The notes beneath the pieces were generated by a model, which saw only the letters and a program-made list of their open reading frames with translations, had not been told where the DNA came from and searched no databases. Positions 35,147 to 35,701 of a DNA stretch of 35,701 nucleotides are shown here, in pieces. A program made the translations under genes and the position numbers. How positions within the stretch are numbered: position 1 is the first letter of the stretch; every line of letters starts with the position of its first letter. Origin of the DNA: Octopus bimaculoides (lineage: Eukaryota); contig NC_068991.1 in assembly GCF_001194135.2 (NCBI RefSeq), positions 78,525,182 through 78,560,882 of the forward strand. Reading direction: 5' to 3'.

Positions 35147-35363
35147 CCTTTCTACTGGAAGCACAAGGCCTCAAATTTGTAAGGAGGGGACTTGTCGATT
35201 ACATCGACCCCAGTGTCTCACTGGTACTTAAATTATATCGACCTCGAAAGGATGAAAGGCAAAGTTGACCTCGGTGCGATCTGAACCCAGAACGTAACAA
35301 CGGGCGAAACACCGCTAAGCATTTCATCCAGTGTGCTAACAACGACTCTGCTAGCTCGCTGTC

Positions 35364-35365
<2 letters not shown>
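35147..35365 (-). mobile_element. SINE family C (array copy 4)
   Basis: Full match, followed by (TAA)n at 35366-35412. Confidence 0.9.
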
Positions 35366-35412
<47 letters not shown>

Positions 35413-35414
<2 letters not shown>

Positions 35415-35701
35415 GCATGGAAAACCTCTCAATGGCAAATACCCAAAGAGAGCGAATAATGCAGATATTGACAAAGCCCTTACCCACCAATGGTTAATGG
35501 CCTCTGGATTGAAATCAGAAACAGAGGGGTTTATCATAGCAGCCCAAGATCAATGCCTACCTACAAAGAACTACCAGGCCAACATATTAAAGAACGGCAG
35601 CTCCCCATTATGTCGTATATGCCAACAACAAAATGAGACCATCGATCATGTTGTCTCCATGTGCAGTCTGCTTGCGCCTACAGAGTATCTCAACAGGCAT
35701 G
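35413..35701 (+). mobile_element. Dong/R4-clade retrotransposon, 5'-truncated, inserted in (TAA)n; runs off the window end
   Basis: An uninterrupted frame starts right after the TAA repeats: WHGKPLNGKYPKRANNADIDKALTHQWLMASGLKSETEGFIIAAQDQCLPTKNYQANILKNGSSPLCRICQQQNETIDHVVSMCSLLAPTEYLNRH (ETEGFIxAAQDQ, CCHC finger, RH[D]). Dong elements are known to target (TAA)n. Confidence 0.93.

Noticed and set aside
34431-35412. CRISPR-like regular repeat/spacer appearance
   Set aside because: The units are 200-220 bp SINEs with microsatellite spacers in eukaryotic DNA, and there are no cas genes.
35147-35701. Dong/R4 as the direct mobiliser of SINE family C
   Set aside because: The SINE and Dong read opposite strands of the microsatellite, and no shared 3' sequence is visible. 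The Dong 3' end lies outside the window, so this is not fully excluded.

Overview
Eukaryotic, AT-rich, microsatellite-laden DNA with nine N-gaps. The repeat content most resembles an octopus (coleoid cephalopod) draft genome; this is inferred from recognition of the repeats, not from a search. I can support no host protein-coding gene, and nearly all listed ORFs are microsatellite or N-run artefacts. The window is a transposon graveyard. It holds three distinct R4/Dong-clade retrotransposon fragments (CCHC finger and restriction-like endonuclease region), two CR1-clade LINE 3' ends, a decayed RTE-like LINE, an orphan zinc-knuckle ORF1, a Penelope GIY-YIG remnant, Tc1/mariner and maT-like remnants, a long-TIR MITE and about 19 tRNA-derived SINE copies from at least four families. 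Main observations: (1) five minimal type I hammerhead ribozyme motifs of Penelope type, one fused behind a Pol III tRNA head in a SINE-like unit (30604-30880); (2) a SINE family sharing a covarying 3' stem-loop tail with the CR1 LINEs in the same window; (3) a SINE family that stacks serially in (ATT)n tracts, whose last tract also took a Dong/R4 insertion on the opposite strand.
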